IMG/VR virus record: IMGVR_UViG_3300042558_003703
DNA from: an uncultured virus (IMG/VR IMGVR_UViG_3300042558_003703)
Lineage: Duplodnaviria > Heunggongvirae > Uroviricota > Caudoviricetes
Length of the DNA stretch: 64,000 nucleotides
Direction: 5' to 3' (one strand)
Position numbers and translations under genes: made by a program. Positions 38,208-47,037 of this stretch are shown here, in pieces; the first letter of the stretch is position 1; each line of letters starts with the position of its first letter. Below the pieces are notes generated by a model. That model was given only the letters and a program-made list of their open reading frames with translations. It did no database searches and was not told where the DNA came from.

Positions 38208-39944
38208 CTATTTGAGTCTTGTTTCAATCTGAATTCGTTCGGCGTCCGACAACATGTCAATGTCGTATTCGCCGGTGCTGATCTTGTCCATCAAGTAATT
38301 GATATAGGCATCGTTATAAACATAGTTGTCGGAAAGATTTTTGTCGACTTCGATCCACTTGGATCCATTGTATTTAAACAGCTTGGTAGGGTAGTGGTTG
38401 GTATTCAAGAACATGGCACCTTTGGCAGAATTTTCAGGCCATTGATTACCAAATCTGACATCATTGTCGGCTTCGACCAAGGGTACCAAATATTCTTCCC
38501 AGGGCAATTTATCAATTGCTCCGGTTGCCAACAAACGTTTTTGCTCTTTTAGTGTGTGTCCCGGATGATCTGCTTTCCAATTTTTTTTGGCTTCCTTAAC
38601 TGAAGCAGGCTCATTGACATCGTCTTCTTCGTCTAGACTTTGATCAGTTTTTTTTTCTGCTGTGTCTGTAATAGGTTGCTGATTTACTGCTGGTGAGATC
38701 GGCCAAGAATAAAATTTTGTCCATGACACTGCGGGCACAGTATCTGCAGATGCAGCATGGTTCAGTTTGTTTTTGTGTTTTGGAGATCGCTGTCGGATCC
38801 AAGCCATGCTTTCTGTGGCTGCCAACAACATCATCACAGCCAAGGGATCAAACACAGCCACGATCAATATGATAACCCAACGCACTGCTTTTTCCAGCAG
38901 GTTGGTGTCTGTGGACTCTCCGTAGATAAGTTCTGCAATGTATTTGATAGGACCTACTTCAACTTCCAACTTGCGATACTCTGCTTGCAAATCGTATTTT
39001 TTTCTGGTGAGAGTTTCTATTTCTGTAGTAGCACTTCGAATACGATCTTGTTGTTCGTTTACCAAAGTTTCTACGCTGGCAGTATCACCCTTGCCCAATT
39101 GATTACGCAAGCGATCAATCAAACGATTTGATTCTGCCACTTGGGTTTCTACTGTGCGTCGCACACGGGCAATTTCTTCTCTGGCAGCTCGTATAACAGG
39201 ATTGTCATTGGCCTGTTCCAGTTTAACAACAGCTTCTGATCGTTCTCTTGCCCGGGCACCTTGCCACGTGCGCACTGCCGCTGCAGTGCCAGGTCCCCAA
39301 TTACCATCCACTGCTGTGCCTACCAAGGCCTGTGCCTTGTTGATTTCTTTGTCATCTATAAACTTCTGCAACTGTGCCGATTGTTGGTCTATCTTATTGA
39401 TCTGATCTTGATATATTCGAGTTTGTGCATCAATGATTTTGTTTTGTTCATCAATGGCCGGCTGCACTCGAGCCAAGGCAGCATCTATGCGTGACTGCTC
39501 TGTGCGGATCTGACTGTTGACATTGGCGTCAGCACCTGTGCCTGAAGTTTCTAAAGTACGGGCACGAGCTTCGGCCTTTTCGACCACGTCAGTTTGACGT
39601 TTTAGTTCTGCATCAATGCGTTGTAACTGTGCAGCATTTTCTTGGCCCACACCCACTTGTTCGATATGTGCCTTGCTTAAGAATCCAAAAATGCCCATGC
39701 TGGTGATAAACATCAGGATAACCACGGCCGGCACCAGATACAGTTTCATTGTAATCTTGACCTGCTGCCAGTATTCGTGCAGCCATACTGTGATCACCAG
39801 TTTGGCCACTTCTAAGATTGATCCCATAATCACTACCGAAATTACCGATGCAGCGAAAATGGCTGTGAGCCCAACAATAGAGTAAAATGCAGCTACAGCA
39901 CTGAGGCACAAGGCCACAGCCAACATGAGATAGGTTAAGAACAT
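38208..39944 (-). CDS. Membrane-anchored coiled-coil protein with a peptidoglycan-binding-like motif
   Basis: Three N-terminal TMs, long coiled coil, VDGNWGPGTAAAVRTWQ, C-terminal TM with FDPLA. Confidence 0.7.
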   Translation of the reverse strand: MFLTYLMLAVALCLSAVAAFYSIVGLTAIFAASVISVVIMGSILEVAKLVITVWLHEYWQQVKITMKLYLVPAVVILMFITSMGIFGFLSKAHIEQVGVGQENAAQLQRIDAELKRQTDVVEKAEARARTLETSGTGADANVNSQIRTEQSRIDAALARVQPAIDEQNKIIDAQTRIYQDQINKIDQQSAQLQKFIDDKEINKAQALVGTAVDGNWGPGTAAAVRTWQGARARERSEAVVKLEQANDNPVIRAAREEIARVRRTVETQVAESNRLIDRLRNQLGKGDTASVETLVNEQQDRIRSATTEIETLTRKKYDLQAEYRKLEVEVGPIKYIAELIYGESTDTNLLEKAVRWVIILIVAVFDPLAVMMLLAATESMAWIRQRSPKHKNKLNHAASADTVPAVSWTKFYSWPISPAVNQQPITDTAEKKTDQSLDEEDDVNEPASVKEAKKNWKADHPGHTLKEQKRLLATGAIDKLPWEEYLVPLVEADNDVRFGNQWPENSAKGAMFLNTNHYPTKLFKYNGSKWIEVDKNLSDNYVYNDAYINYLMDKISTGEYDIDMLSDAERIQIETRLK

Positions 39945-39950
39945 AGTGAA

Positions 39951-40271
39951 TTATTTACCGTTATTGTGTTTGATTTCACTGGCTACTTGTATACTAAACT
40001 TGACAGCTACCCAGGTAGCAAACTGCGGATCCGGCACGTCAAACCACACTGTTTGTGGACAATGCTCTTTCATCCAACGTTGTATGACAGGACTGTAACT
40101 GGATACCTTGCGAAATCCTTTCAAGACATGACGTTGAGTACGCCAGTTGAGACCGTACAGATTTCGACATTCGTGCATGACAGCATACCATTGGTCTACA
40201 GTGGACAGCGTGAACCAAAATCGGTGTAGAGCTGGAGCCGTTATTTTAAGTGGTTCCAGTGATATCGACAT
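39951..40271 (-). CDS. Hypothetical protein
   Basis: VWFDVPDPQFATWVAVKF; GGAG upstream of ATG 40271. Confidence 0.6.
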   Translation of the reverse strand: MSISLEPLKITAPALHRFWFTLSTVDQWYAVMHECRNLYGLNWRTQRHVLKGFRKVSSYSPVIQRWMKEHCPQTVWFDVPDPQFATWVAVKFSIQVASEIKHNNGK

Positions 40272-40309
40272 ATAAAAGAGGTCTCCATTTAGATGTACTA
40301 ACTGCATAC

Positions 40310-40508
40310 TTTACACTGTGACTTCCGTATGTGTGCATACCTCAACCAACAGTTGATTTTGTTTGAGATCTTTTTCAAGTCTGGTCTCAAACCGGACAGT
40401 GCCACACCCTTGGCAACAACCAAACTACATCGTATTTGCCACGGGGCCAACAACCCACTGCATGTTGTTTTTCCCAATACGTGAGTGCCGATTGTACTCC
40501 GACTCTAC
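40310..40508 (-). ncRNA. Candidate structured ncRNA or long 5' leader
   Basis: ~200 nt with no minus-strand ORF, downstream of TATAAT (40520-40515), with six hairpins and a closing helix. Family not recognised. Confidence 0.45.
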
Positions 40509-40524
40509 CTGTTTATTATAGCAC

Positions 40525-40550
40525 AAAAAAGCCACCTCACGGTGGCTTTT
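40525..40550. terminator. Intrinsic terminator
   Basis: AAAAGCCACC-TCAC-GGTGGCTTTT. Confidence 0.8.
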
Positions 40551-40564
40551 GGTTAAAGTGTGTG

Positions 40565-40999
40565 TTATTTTTTAGCAGGCGATCGCTTGGGTGCGATTTT
40601 CTTTACTGGTTTTTTATTTGCTTTTTTTACCGCAGGTTTGGCCGCTGATTTTTTGATCTGTTTTAGTTGTTTGGCCGTAAGTGGACCATCGTCGGCTGGG
40701 TAAGCAGGCTTGGTTTTGGCAGCAGCCTTTTCTGTTACTTGCTTTGCTGCCTTTCTTGCCAAAATGGCGAAACCTGCACTGTCCTCTTCGTAAGGAGTTT
40801 GTGTCCAGTGCAAGCGTGTCCATTCCTGTTCACTCACAGCACGATACTCAACTGTTGAACCTAGGCTTTTTTCAAAATTCAACCAAGACTTCAGGTTATA
40901 GCCACGTGACGGAATAGTTAGACGAAATCCGTCACGGGCCACCACGTCAATCAAGTAGTAACCATCGTATTCAACTTTTGGTGCTGGTGTTGATGTCAT
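40565..40999 (-). CDS. Hypothetical protein with Lys/Ala-rich tail
   Basis: C-terminal KKSAAKPAVKKANKKPVKK. Confidence 0.7.
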   Translation of the reverse strand: MTSTPAPKVEYDGYYLIDVVARDGFRLTIPSRGYNLKSWLNFEKSLGSTVEYRAVSEQEWTRLHWTQTPYEEDSAGFAILARKAAKQVTEKAAAKTKPAYPADDGPLTAKQLKQIKKSAAKPAVKKANKKPVKKIAPKRSPAKK

Positions 41000-41014
41000 T
41001 GTTACATCCGGTGA

Positions 41015-41557
41015 TTACTCTGTTGTTGTACTATCGATTAAATCAGGAGAATACTTTTCAATTGCTGCAATTAGTGCCTGTTCAATTAATTGATTGAAGG
41101 TAATATCTTTTTCATGTGCTAGTTTCATATACGTCAACAGGTCCTCATCTGAAAAGGTAACCGGAATAGATACACGAGTATCATATTCTTGTCCCAACTT
41201 GATAGCTTGACATTTTTGGATAAAGTCATCGACCACTTCTAAATCTACATAGTCGACATCGTCCCATGCTTGACTAGCCAGAACAGTTTTGGATTCTGCT
41301 TCTTTACGATGCTTTTCAACATTTTTAGGATTGATCATACGATAAGCACGATCGTTGGTATAGTCGCACACACTGACTTCGTAGACCTTTTGTGTCTTGG
41401 TACTAAACACAATGCTAAAACTATATCCACCTGTGCCGTAAACACCATTCCATGAATCTAGTGTGTAGCTGTTTGATCCGTAGCAGGACCAACCATAATC
41501 ACTGCCTTCGGTGATTTTATAATCAACCAATTCCATCCATTCTTTCATTGTGATCAT
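41015..41557 (-). CDS. Hypothetical protein with C-terminal ribbon-helix-helix-like segment
   Basis: MKLAHEKDITFNQLIEQAL. Confidence 0.7.
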   Translation of the reverse strand: MITMKEWMELVDYKITEGSDYGWSCYGSNSYTLDSWNGVYGTGGYSFSIVFSTKTQKVYEVSVCDYTNDRAYRMINPKNVEKHRKEAESKTVLASQAWDDVDYVDLEVVDDFIQKCQAIKLGQEYDTRVSIPVTFSDEDLLTYMKLAHEKDITFNQLIEQALIAAIEKYSPDLIDSTTTE

Positions 41558-41733
41558 TTGTTGACTCCGTAAGTAAGTAAGATGATGGGAATACCAATCA
41601 TCAAGAACAAAATTCCTGCAACCGGTTGCCCTTGCAAGAAGTACATTACACTATTGGCTATATTCAACCCACCGATAGTATATCCAATTGCCTGCTGATT
41701 TCGATCTAGCCATCCAAAAATTTTATCTTTCAT
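41554..41733 (-). CDS. Small membrane protein (59 aa, below the ORF-track cutoff)
   Basis: MKDKIFGWLDRN...AGILFLMIGIPIILL; GAGGAG RBS. Confidence 0.55.
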   Translation of the reverse strand: MKDKIFGWLDRNQQAIGYTIGGLNIANSVMYFLQGQPVAGILFLMIGIPIILLTYGVNK

Positions 41734-41843
41734 TCTTCGACTCCTCGATTAATTGTTGAATTTCTTTGTACCATTCGGGGTTACGCTGTATGATTTCCTC
41801 TATTACAGTGTCTAACTCTGCCAGACTTCTTTTGACCAAGGGT

Positions 41844-42017
41844 TTATTCATTCTTTGACCCCAAAGATTTCGAACTTTGTTCTTGATTGCGACGTAAACA
41901 TTCCATAATGGCATTTAAACCTTGATCAAATCCACTACGCTGTGCCGCTCTACCTCTATCCGACTCAAGATAGTCTTTTATATCTTTGTCGGTCATATCT
42001 TCAATTTGCTTGCTCAT
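41844..42017 (-). CDS. Small hypothetical protein (57 aa, below the ORF-track cutoff)
   Basis: MSKQIEDMTDKDIKDY...; GGAG RBS. Confidence 0.5.
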   Translation of the reverse strand: MSKQIEDMTDKDIKDYLESDRGRAAQRSGFDQGLNAIMECLRRNQEQSSKSLGSKNE

Positions 42018-42054
42018 TCTTCAACTCCGTTAACTGTGTGGAACTTCGTAATGT

Positions 42055-42738
42055 TTATTGTATTTCAGGAAACAAACATTCTTGTATAAACAGTTGTACA
42101 TCTTCTTCACTAAGCCCAAGACTAACCATTACTTTTGGAGTATGTGGATTTTGCTTTTGATTTTGTGCATAGAAGTTCTGAGAATCTCGAGTGTTTTCGA
42201 CAGTGCCGCTTGTTTCGCCTACGCATTTGATATAATGATCGACCAATATACCTGCCAAACTAGCGATTTGATTCAGCTCAGTTTCGTCACTGACATTGCC
42301 GGCTGCAACCATGTGCGGACTAAAAATACGCTGTGCCCATTCTGGTAAGACTCGCTTCTTGTTCCACTCGTATCGGCTCACTTCTTTACCAAAATATTCA
42401 ATCATAGCATGATCAATATCGCCAGCAGGGCTGTAGTCTATAAAACAGCCGGTAATCTTGTTCTTGCCGGCTATGACATCAAATCCAAAAATAGGTGCAG
42501 GATTGTCCAAGTGAGGAAATACGCAACAGTGCATCATCCACAGTCCTCGTGTTTCTCGAGCGTCTACCACATCAATGTGTGCCCGACGATACTGACTGCT
42601 GGTCCACACTTTGTTGATCCAGCCTGGTTGATTGAATCGATCCATGCCGGGTTCTTGGATGATACTGCCAGAAGCATAAAATGCAGCTTCCAGCTGTTGT
42701 TCGATTTTAATCAGCGTGTTCCATACATTACTCTCCAT
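42055..42738 (-). CDS. pcyX: Ferredoxin-dependent bilin reductase, PcyX/PcyA type
   Basis: RRAHID...MMHCCVFP...PIFGFD...DYSP...LPEWAQRIFS...QKQNPHT; Asp where PcyA has Glu76. Confidence 0.8.
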   Translation of the reverse strand: MESNVWNTLIKIEQQLEAAFYASGSIIQEPGMDRFNQPGWINKVWTSSQYRRAHIDVVDARETRGLWMMHCCVFPHLDNPAPIFGFDVIAGKNKITGCFIDYSPAGDIDHAMIEYFGKEVSRYEWNKKRVLPEWAQRIFSPHMVAAGNVSDETELNQIASLAGILVDHYIKCVGETSGTVENTRDSQNFYAQNQKQNPHTPKVMVSLGLSEEDVQLFIQECLFPEIQ

Positions 42739-43273
42739 GGTGTAGGTCTCGCATCATTTTAATAGCATACTCAAATGCCACACGAGCCTCGTCGCCCAGG
42801 TCGTCTGTAAGTGTCTGGCGAATGGCTGTCTTCATAACATCGCCATTTTCAAAGTCATAAAACTTGCCACTGCTGATGTGTGCCACTTGCTTCTTGATAA
42901 TCTGTCCACCAAACAGGTCTCCCATGTGTCTGCAATACAAATGAGCTTTGACTAACTGTTTGCGGTCTGCATCATTTCCTAGCTGGTGTAGATAGGCTTG
43001 ATACTCTAAGGTAGCAGGAGTTAGATAACAATAGGTGCCGTCATCTAACTCCAAGAAATCTGCTAAAATACCTTTCAAGCGAGGAAGGCCCGGCATTGTG
43101 TCAAGAAAGCCTTGCCGTTTGCAATACCATTCAATAGGATCATAGATTGCCAGTAAGTTATACAGGTAGTTTTTGTAATCTTCTCGACCAATCTTGCCGC
43201 TGAGTAACATCTTAGCAAATGTTGTTGTTTCTGCCTCGTGATGGAGGTCTTTAGTAATGTCTTTTAGACTCAT
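42728..43273 (-). CDS. Biliverdin-producing heme oxygenase
   Basis: TKDLHHEAE proximal His, AHLYCRHMGDLFGGQII, FYDF, EARVAF. Confidence 0.92.
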   Translation of the reverse strand: MSLKDITKDLHHEAETTTFAKMLLSGKIGREDYKNYLYNLLAIYDPIEWYCKRQGFLDTMPGLPRLKGILADFLELDDGTYCYLTPATLEYQAYLHQLGNDADRKQLVKAHLYCRHMGDLFGGQIIKKQVAHISSGKFYDFENGDVMKTAIRQTLTDDLGDEARVAFEYAIKMMRDLHHGE

Positions 43274-43578
43274 TCTTCAACTCCGAAATGTTGTTTAATC
43301 TGATTGAGAATATCTTCTGCTCGACGATTTGCTTGATAATTTTCAAATGATTCTAGAATCTGACTACCCCCACGATAGTCGGGTTCATATATGTTGTGTT
43401 TAACAATGTCCACACATTCTCGAACAATCAACTCGGCGAACTTTGCCAGGTCAACAGCCGCATACATCTTATCACCCAATTGTGGATATACGTTATCTGC
43501 CCATTCAACTCTGCCCCAATCACCAATTGTTGCAACAGGACCTAACTGGCCAGCAAGTTGTTCAATTCGTTCGTTCAT
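43270..43578 (-). CDS. Small protein of the MNE...KFAELIVxEC...FGVEE family
   Basis: Shared N- and C-terminal motifs. Confidence 0.7.
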   Translation of the reverse strand: MNERIEQLAGQLGPVATIGDWGRVEWADNVYPQLGDKMYAAVDLAKFAELIVRECVDIVKHNIYEPDYRGGSQILESFENYQANRRAEDILNQIKQHFGVEE

Positions 43579-43784
43579 TCTTCAACTCCGAAATGTTCTT
43601 CTAACTGTTCTGCCGCATAATGATCATCTAGTGTGTCTTTCAAGAAGTTAGCACATTCCTTAACAGTCAACTGGGCAAGTTTGGTCACTCTAGCATTCCA
43701 TTGAGCGGTATGGTTGTTCTCAAATCCCATAGTTCTAGCATCAAGTCCAGCATCCTCTGCTAGTTTTTGTATTAGTTCATTCAT
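43575..43784 (-). CDS. Small protein of the MNE...FGVEE family
   Basis: KLAQLTVKECA...HFGVEE. Confidence 0.7.
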   Translation of the reverse strand: MNELIQKLAEDAGLDARTMGFENNHTAQWNARVTKLAQLTVKECANFLKDTLDDHYAAEQLEEHFGVEE

Positions 43785-45175
43785 TCTTTCTCTCCGGTTA
43801 GTGCATCACGAAATCGTTCAAAGCGTGGGAAACGCAAGCTGTACGTTCCGTCTTGATTTTGTGTCACCGCATCAGCTTTGACTTCAACCACTCGACCAAG
43901 TAACTGATCACGATCTGCCCAGAAACTATCGCGATCACTATCAGTGAGCCCACTGCCAACATTAACATTAATACGTCTATCATTGTCTGTTCCTTCACAA
44001 ACGATTGCACCCAAACGACCTAGGTTCTTACCGGTACCTTCTTCAAAACCAACAATATTCAAGTCTACAGTAATAACGGGCTTCCACTTCATCCAGAAAC
44101 TGCTACGCTTACATTCATATGGTGCGTCTTGATCTTTGATCATGATGCCTTCGAACCCATCTGCTACTGCATCTTCGGCATAGCGACGCATGATGTCATG
44201 CCCTTCAGCAGTATCCAAGTCCACTTCGATGCCAGGAGTGATCTGTACGTCAGGTGCTTGGGTTGAGTCATCTACTGAATTGAACATATGGTGTAAGGTA
44301 TCAATGCGTTTGTACTGCTGTGCATTATAGTGTCCTTCAAAGAAGGCGGCCTTGGGCATGACATCAAATACAAAGTACTTGCTGTCGCTGGCATCGACAT
44401 TGGTCTTGCGTTGTGCCTGCTTCATAAGTGCCTGAAAGCTTTCACCTATGATTTCGCCATCCAACACAAAGTCCGTATACTGCCCAAACGCCGCAGTACT
44501 GAGTTTACGTGAGATTGATCCCAACTGTTCTTCGATGTGCGGAAAGTTAGTGAACGGCTTGCCATTGCGGCTAAACAAGTTGACCCCGCCTTCCTTGTAG
44601 CAGATAGCAATCACACGCACACCATCTAGCTTGACTTCCAAGCGTTTGCGACCTTTCAGCTTGGCCGGATGATCGTTGCTGTCTTGTGCCAGCTGACAAG
44701 TAAAGGTAGGAATCTTCCACTCAGTCTTGCCCAGCACTTTGTTTAGAGTCTTATCGCTGATGCCACAGCGCAGATCCTTGATGATCACACGGCGACACAT
44801 TCGATTCCATTCTTCGGAATCAAACAGCTGGCTGACTTCTGTAATGGCATCCCTGGCTGAATGCCCAGTGACGCTGCGAGTACGCAGGCTTTCTAACAAG
44901 GCCCAGAATCGGGGCCATGGATTGGCCAGGCCAACTAGCCCTTGGGTCTCGGGCACTTGGCGAACACCAAACACATAAAAAGGATTGTAGGCTTGATAGC
45001 AGTTGTATAAAAAGCATTGAGCACTGGTGCTACCTAACTTTGCAGCTATCAATGCTTTTTCAATCACAGATTCTTTGTGTAGTCTGCTGTCGCTCGATTC
45101 TAAGTCCTGTATCCAATCTGCTGCCATGGTTAATCCATTAAACTTTGCGGAATCAATGTCGATTGTTGTTGTCAT
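43781..45175 (-). CDS. ATP-dependent DNA ligase
   Basis: KLDGVR, SRNGK, DGEI, FD, EGIMIK, WMKWK, LRFPRF..FR. Confidence 0.95.
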   Translation of the reverse strand: MTTTIDIDSAKFNGLTMAADWIQDLESSDSRLHKESVIEKALIAAKLGSTSAQCFLYNCYQAYNPFYVFGVRQVPETQGLVGLANPWPRFWALLESLRTRSVTGHSARDAITEVSQLFDSEEWNRMCRRVIIKDLRCGISDKTLNKVLGKTEWKIPTFTCQLAQDSNDHPAKLKGRKRLEVKLDGVRVIAICYKEGGVNLFSRNGKPFTNFPHIEEQLGSISRKLSTAAFGQYTDFVLDGEIIGESFQALMKQAQRKTNVDASDSKYFVFDVMPKAAFFEGHYNAQQYKRIDTLHHMFNSVDDSTQAPDVQITPGIEVDLDTAEGHDIMRRYAEDAVADGFEGIMIKDQDAPYECKRSSFWMKWKPVITVDLNIVGFEEGTGKNLGRLGAIVCEGTDNDRRINVNVGSGLTDSDRDSFWADRDQLLGRVVEVKADAVTQNQDGTYSLRFPRFERFRDALTGEKE

Positions 45176-45193
45176 TTATTTAAGCCCAGATGA

Positions 45194-45571
45194 TTAGTGA
45201 ATCAGCGCAATGATTACGATGTAAGTGAGGGTGTGTAACAGTTGATCAAAGCCTAGCCATGTCCAAAACTTAGGATGTGCTGGGATCATGCCCTGTGTCA
45301 TTCGCTGTTTAAACCAGTCAATGTGATAGTGAAATACTGCATCCATGCCGGCCAAAAAAGCAATCTCATATATGTCAAATCTGCCAAATAAAAACAAAGC
45401 CAACACCACGGCTGTGCCAACACCGTGTGTTAGTGCATGACTGATACCGCCTAGTGAACCGTACTGTCCTTTGGTTGCAACTTGATGCGATGTTTGCAAT
45501 ACAAAATCACACAACCAATGCTTGACTGCAAGTGCTGTCAGTAGCAATAAAATTACATGTTGATTTATCAT
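45194..45571 (-). CDS. DUF3307-like membrane protein
   Basis: HWLCDFVLQ...H...H...HYHIDW.K...DQLLH. Confidence 0.8.
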   Translation of the reverse strand: MINQHVILLLLTALAVKHWLCDFVLQTSHQVATKGQYGSLGGISHALTHGVGTAVVLALFLFGRFDIYEIAFLAGMDAVFHYHIDWFKQRMTQGMIPAHPKFWTWLGFDQLLHTLTYIVIIALIH

Positions 45572-45741
45572 TTGTTTAACTTCCTACATTGTTCGCGCAC
45601 AGCAGTCGGATAATCTGGGTGTATTTCCGCTAGACTGCAGTTGTAATAACGTCCTTCGCCGCGTGTCATCATGGGCCAAAGGTTCCATGCCACAACAGCA
45701 AATACCGCAGACACAATCAATCCAAAGATACAATTCCACAT
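45568..45741 (-). CDS. Small membrane-anchored protein (57 aa, below the ORF-track cutoff)
   Basis: N-terminal TM, then YNCSLAEIHPDYP..VREQCR. Confidence 0.55.
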   Translation of the reverse strand: MWNCIFGLIVSAVFAVVAWNLWPMMTRGEGRYYNCSLAEIHPDYPTAVREQCRKLNK

Positions 45742-45750
45742 GTTACTTCC

Positions 45751-45978
45751 TTAACCGTAAAAGTGTATGGCTAATCCTGCAATGGCAACCAAATTCATCA
45801 CACCATTGGTCACAATTAGTGCAGGTTCACGCCACCGTATGCTGACTGCTAGCCACATTAGGCCACCCAGCAACAACAGCAAGGGACCTTGGGGGTAATA
45901 GCCCAGGCTATTAACGCCAGTGCCAATGATCAGAATCACTGTGGCTGTCCATTTTAAAATGCTATTCAACATCATCAA
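45751..45978 (-). CDS. Small three-TM membrane protein
   Basis: Hydrophobic, KWTAT...YP...W.E.AL..N. Confidence 0.65.
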   Translation of the reverse strand: MMMLNSILKWTATVILIIGTGVNSLGYYPQGPLLLLLGGLMWLAVSIRWREPALIVTNGVMNLVAIAGLAIHFYG

Positions 45979-46150
45979 TTCCCAACTCTCGATAAATCTC
46001 AGTCATTTGTTCGCGACAAGCAACAGCAATGGCCTGCTCCAAGGCGTCGGCACGAGTGGGATAATCCCTAGTCAATACATCGGTCAATTCACGCAGGCTT
46101 TGATTACTAAGCATGGCAATGTCATTGGCAATGCGTTCGATAACAGTCAT
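45962..46150 (-). CDS. Hypothetical protein
   Basis: AGGAG RBS. Confidence 0.55.
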   Translation of the reverse strand: MTVIERIANDIAMLSNQSLRELTDVLTRDYPTRADALEQAIAVACREQMTEIYRELGIDDVE

Positions 46151-46167
46151 AACAGCTCCTTATTTGA

Positions 46168-46500
46168 TTAGTCTGCACGACTTGACATGTGGGCATCAAT
46201 ACCATACTGCACCAAAGTGCGAGCATAAGCCACAGCACCGTGTTCTTTGATGTCCATGCTTTGCGTAAAACTACCGCCTGGGTTCCACAAGTCCAAGCCA
46301 CCGTAGTAGCTCTTACGGAAACCTACTTCTTTAAGAGCACGGCCTAATTTAGTACTTGCCTTGACCGGAACATTAACCCAAGCAAAACCACAGTAACCAG
46401 GTTCGCCGTGTTTGGCAATAAAACTCTGTTCGGCTGCCTTTGCGGCCATTGTGGCTTCAAGGTGGATTGCACGAACTTGATCTAAAGTAAATTCAGACAT
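46168..46500 (-). CDS. Conserved phage hypothetical protein
   Basis: CGFAWV...QSMDIKE.GA.AYA.....GI.A...SRAD. Confidence 0.7.
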   Translation of the reverse strand: MSEFTLDQVRAIHLEATMAAKAAEQSFIAKHGEPGYCGFAWVNVPVKASTKLGRALKEVGFRKSYYGGLDLWNPGGSFTQSMDIKEHGAVAYARTLVQYGIDAHMSSRAD

Positions 46501-46502
46501 TA

Positions 46503-46784
46503 TTATCTCCGATCTGAGAAGTATTCAAACAAAACGAACTTGGCACGGTTCAACAGCTGACGCTGGTCTTCCAAAAGGTTGGCCAGCGTGTCGCCGTCAT
46601 ACGGGCCATAACTGACCATCTCTTGTGCATCACTCAACATACCGGCCGCAACCATTGCAGGGCCCGAAAACTTAAAAGTAGAGCTGGACTCTATTGCTTC
46701 ACGCATGCCCGCTTCAGTCACGCCAAACATACGGACTTCACGCTTTTCTTGCTCTGTTAGTGCTTGGTAAGTTGCTGTAGTCAT
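46503..46784 (-). CDS. Hypothetical protein
   Basis: LSDAQE...RQ.LNRAK; follows a promoter cassette. Confidence 0.65.
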   Translation of the reverse strand: MTTATYQALTEQEKREVRMFGVTEAGMREAIESSSTFKFSGPAMVAAGMLSDAQEMVSYGPYDGDTLANLLEDQRQLLNRAKFVLFEYFSDRR

Positions 46785-46814
46785 TTACTGCTCCTGTTTT
46801 TCTACTGTATAAAC

Positions 46815-46843
46815 ATTATAGCCTATCTGGGATTATTGGTCAA
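46815..46843 (-). promoter_or_regulatory. Sigma70-type early promoter cassette
   Basis: TTGACC-N17-TATAAT followed by ACAGTAGAAAAACAGGAG. Confidence 0.85.
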
Positions 46844-46851
46844 CCAAAAGA

Positions 46852-47007
46852 TCAGTAAGCAAAAGGAAGAATGTACTCGCTCTTGCCGATGTAAAAAACA
46901 CGTCCGTTGTTAAGCATCCTCGCAGTGCGAGTAGACTGTTTGATATAGTCGCAGCCGTTTAGATGAAATAAACGCCCAATTCTGAGATCTGCAAAATCCA
47001 AGCCCAT
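46852..47007 (-). CDS. Small hypothetical protein (51 aa)
   Basis: MGLDFADLRIGRLFHLNGCDYIKQSTRTA...; between two promoter cassettes. Confidence 0.6.
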   Translation of the reverse strand: MGLDFADLRIGRLFHLNGCDYIKQSTRTARMLNNGRVFYIGKSEYILPFAY

Positions 47008-47037
47008 TATCTACTCCTGTTTGTTTACTGTTTAACT

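Noticed and set aside
40310..40510. Cobalamin riboswitch, tmRNA, RNase P or tRNA identity for the structured region
   Set aside because: Only scattered partial words (GGGAA, GGAGACC); no tag ORF, T-loop/CCA or RNase P signature. Left unassigned.
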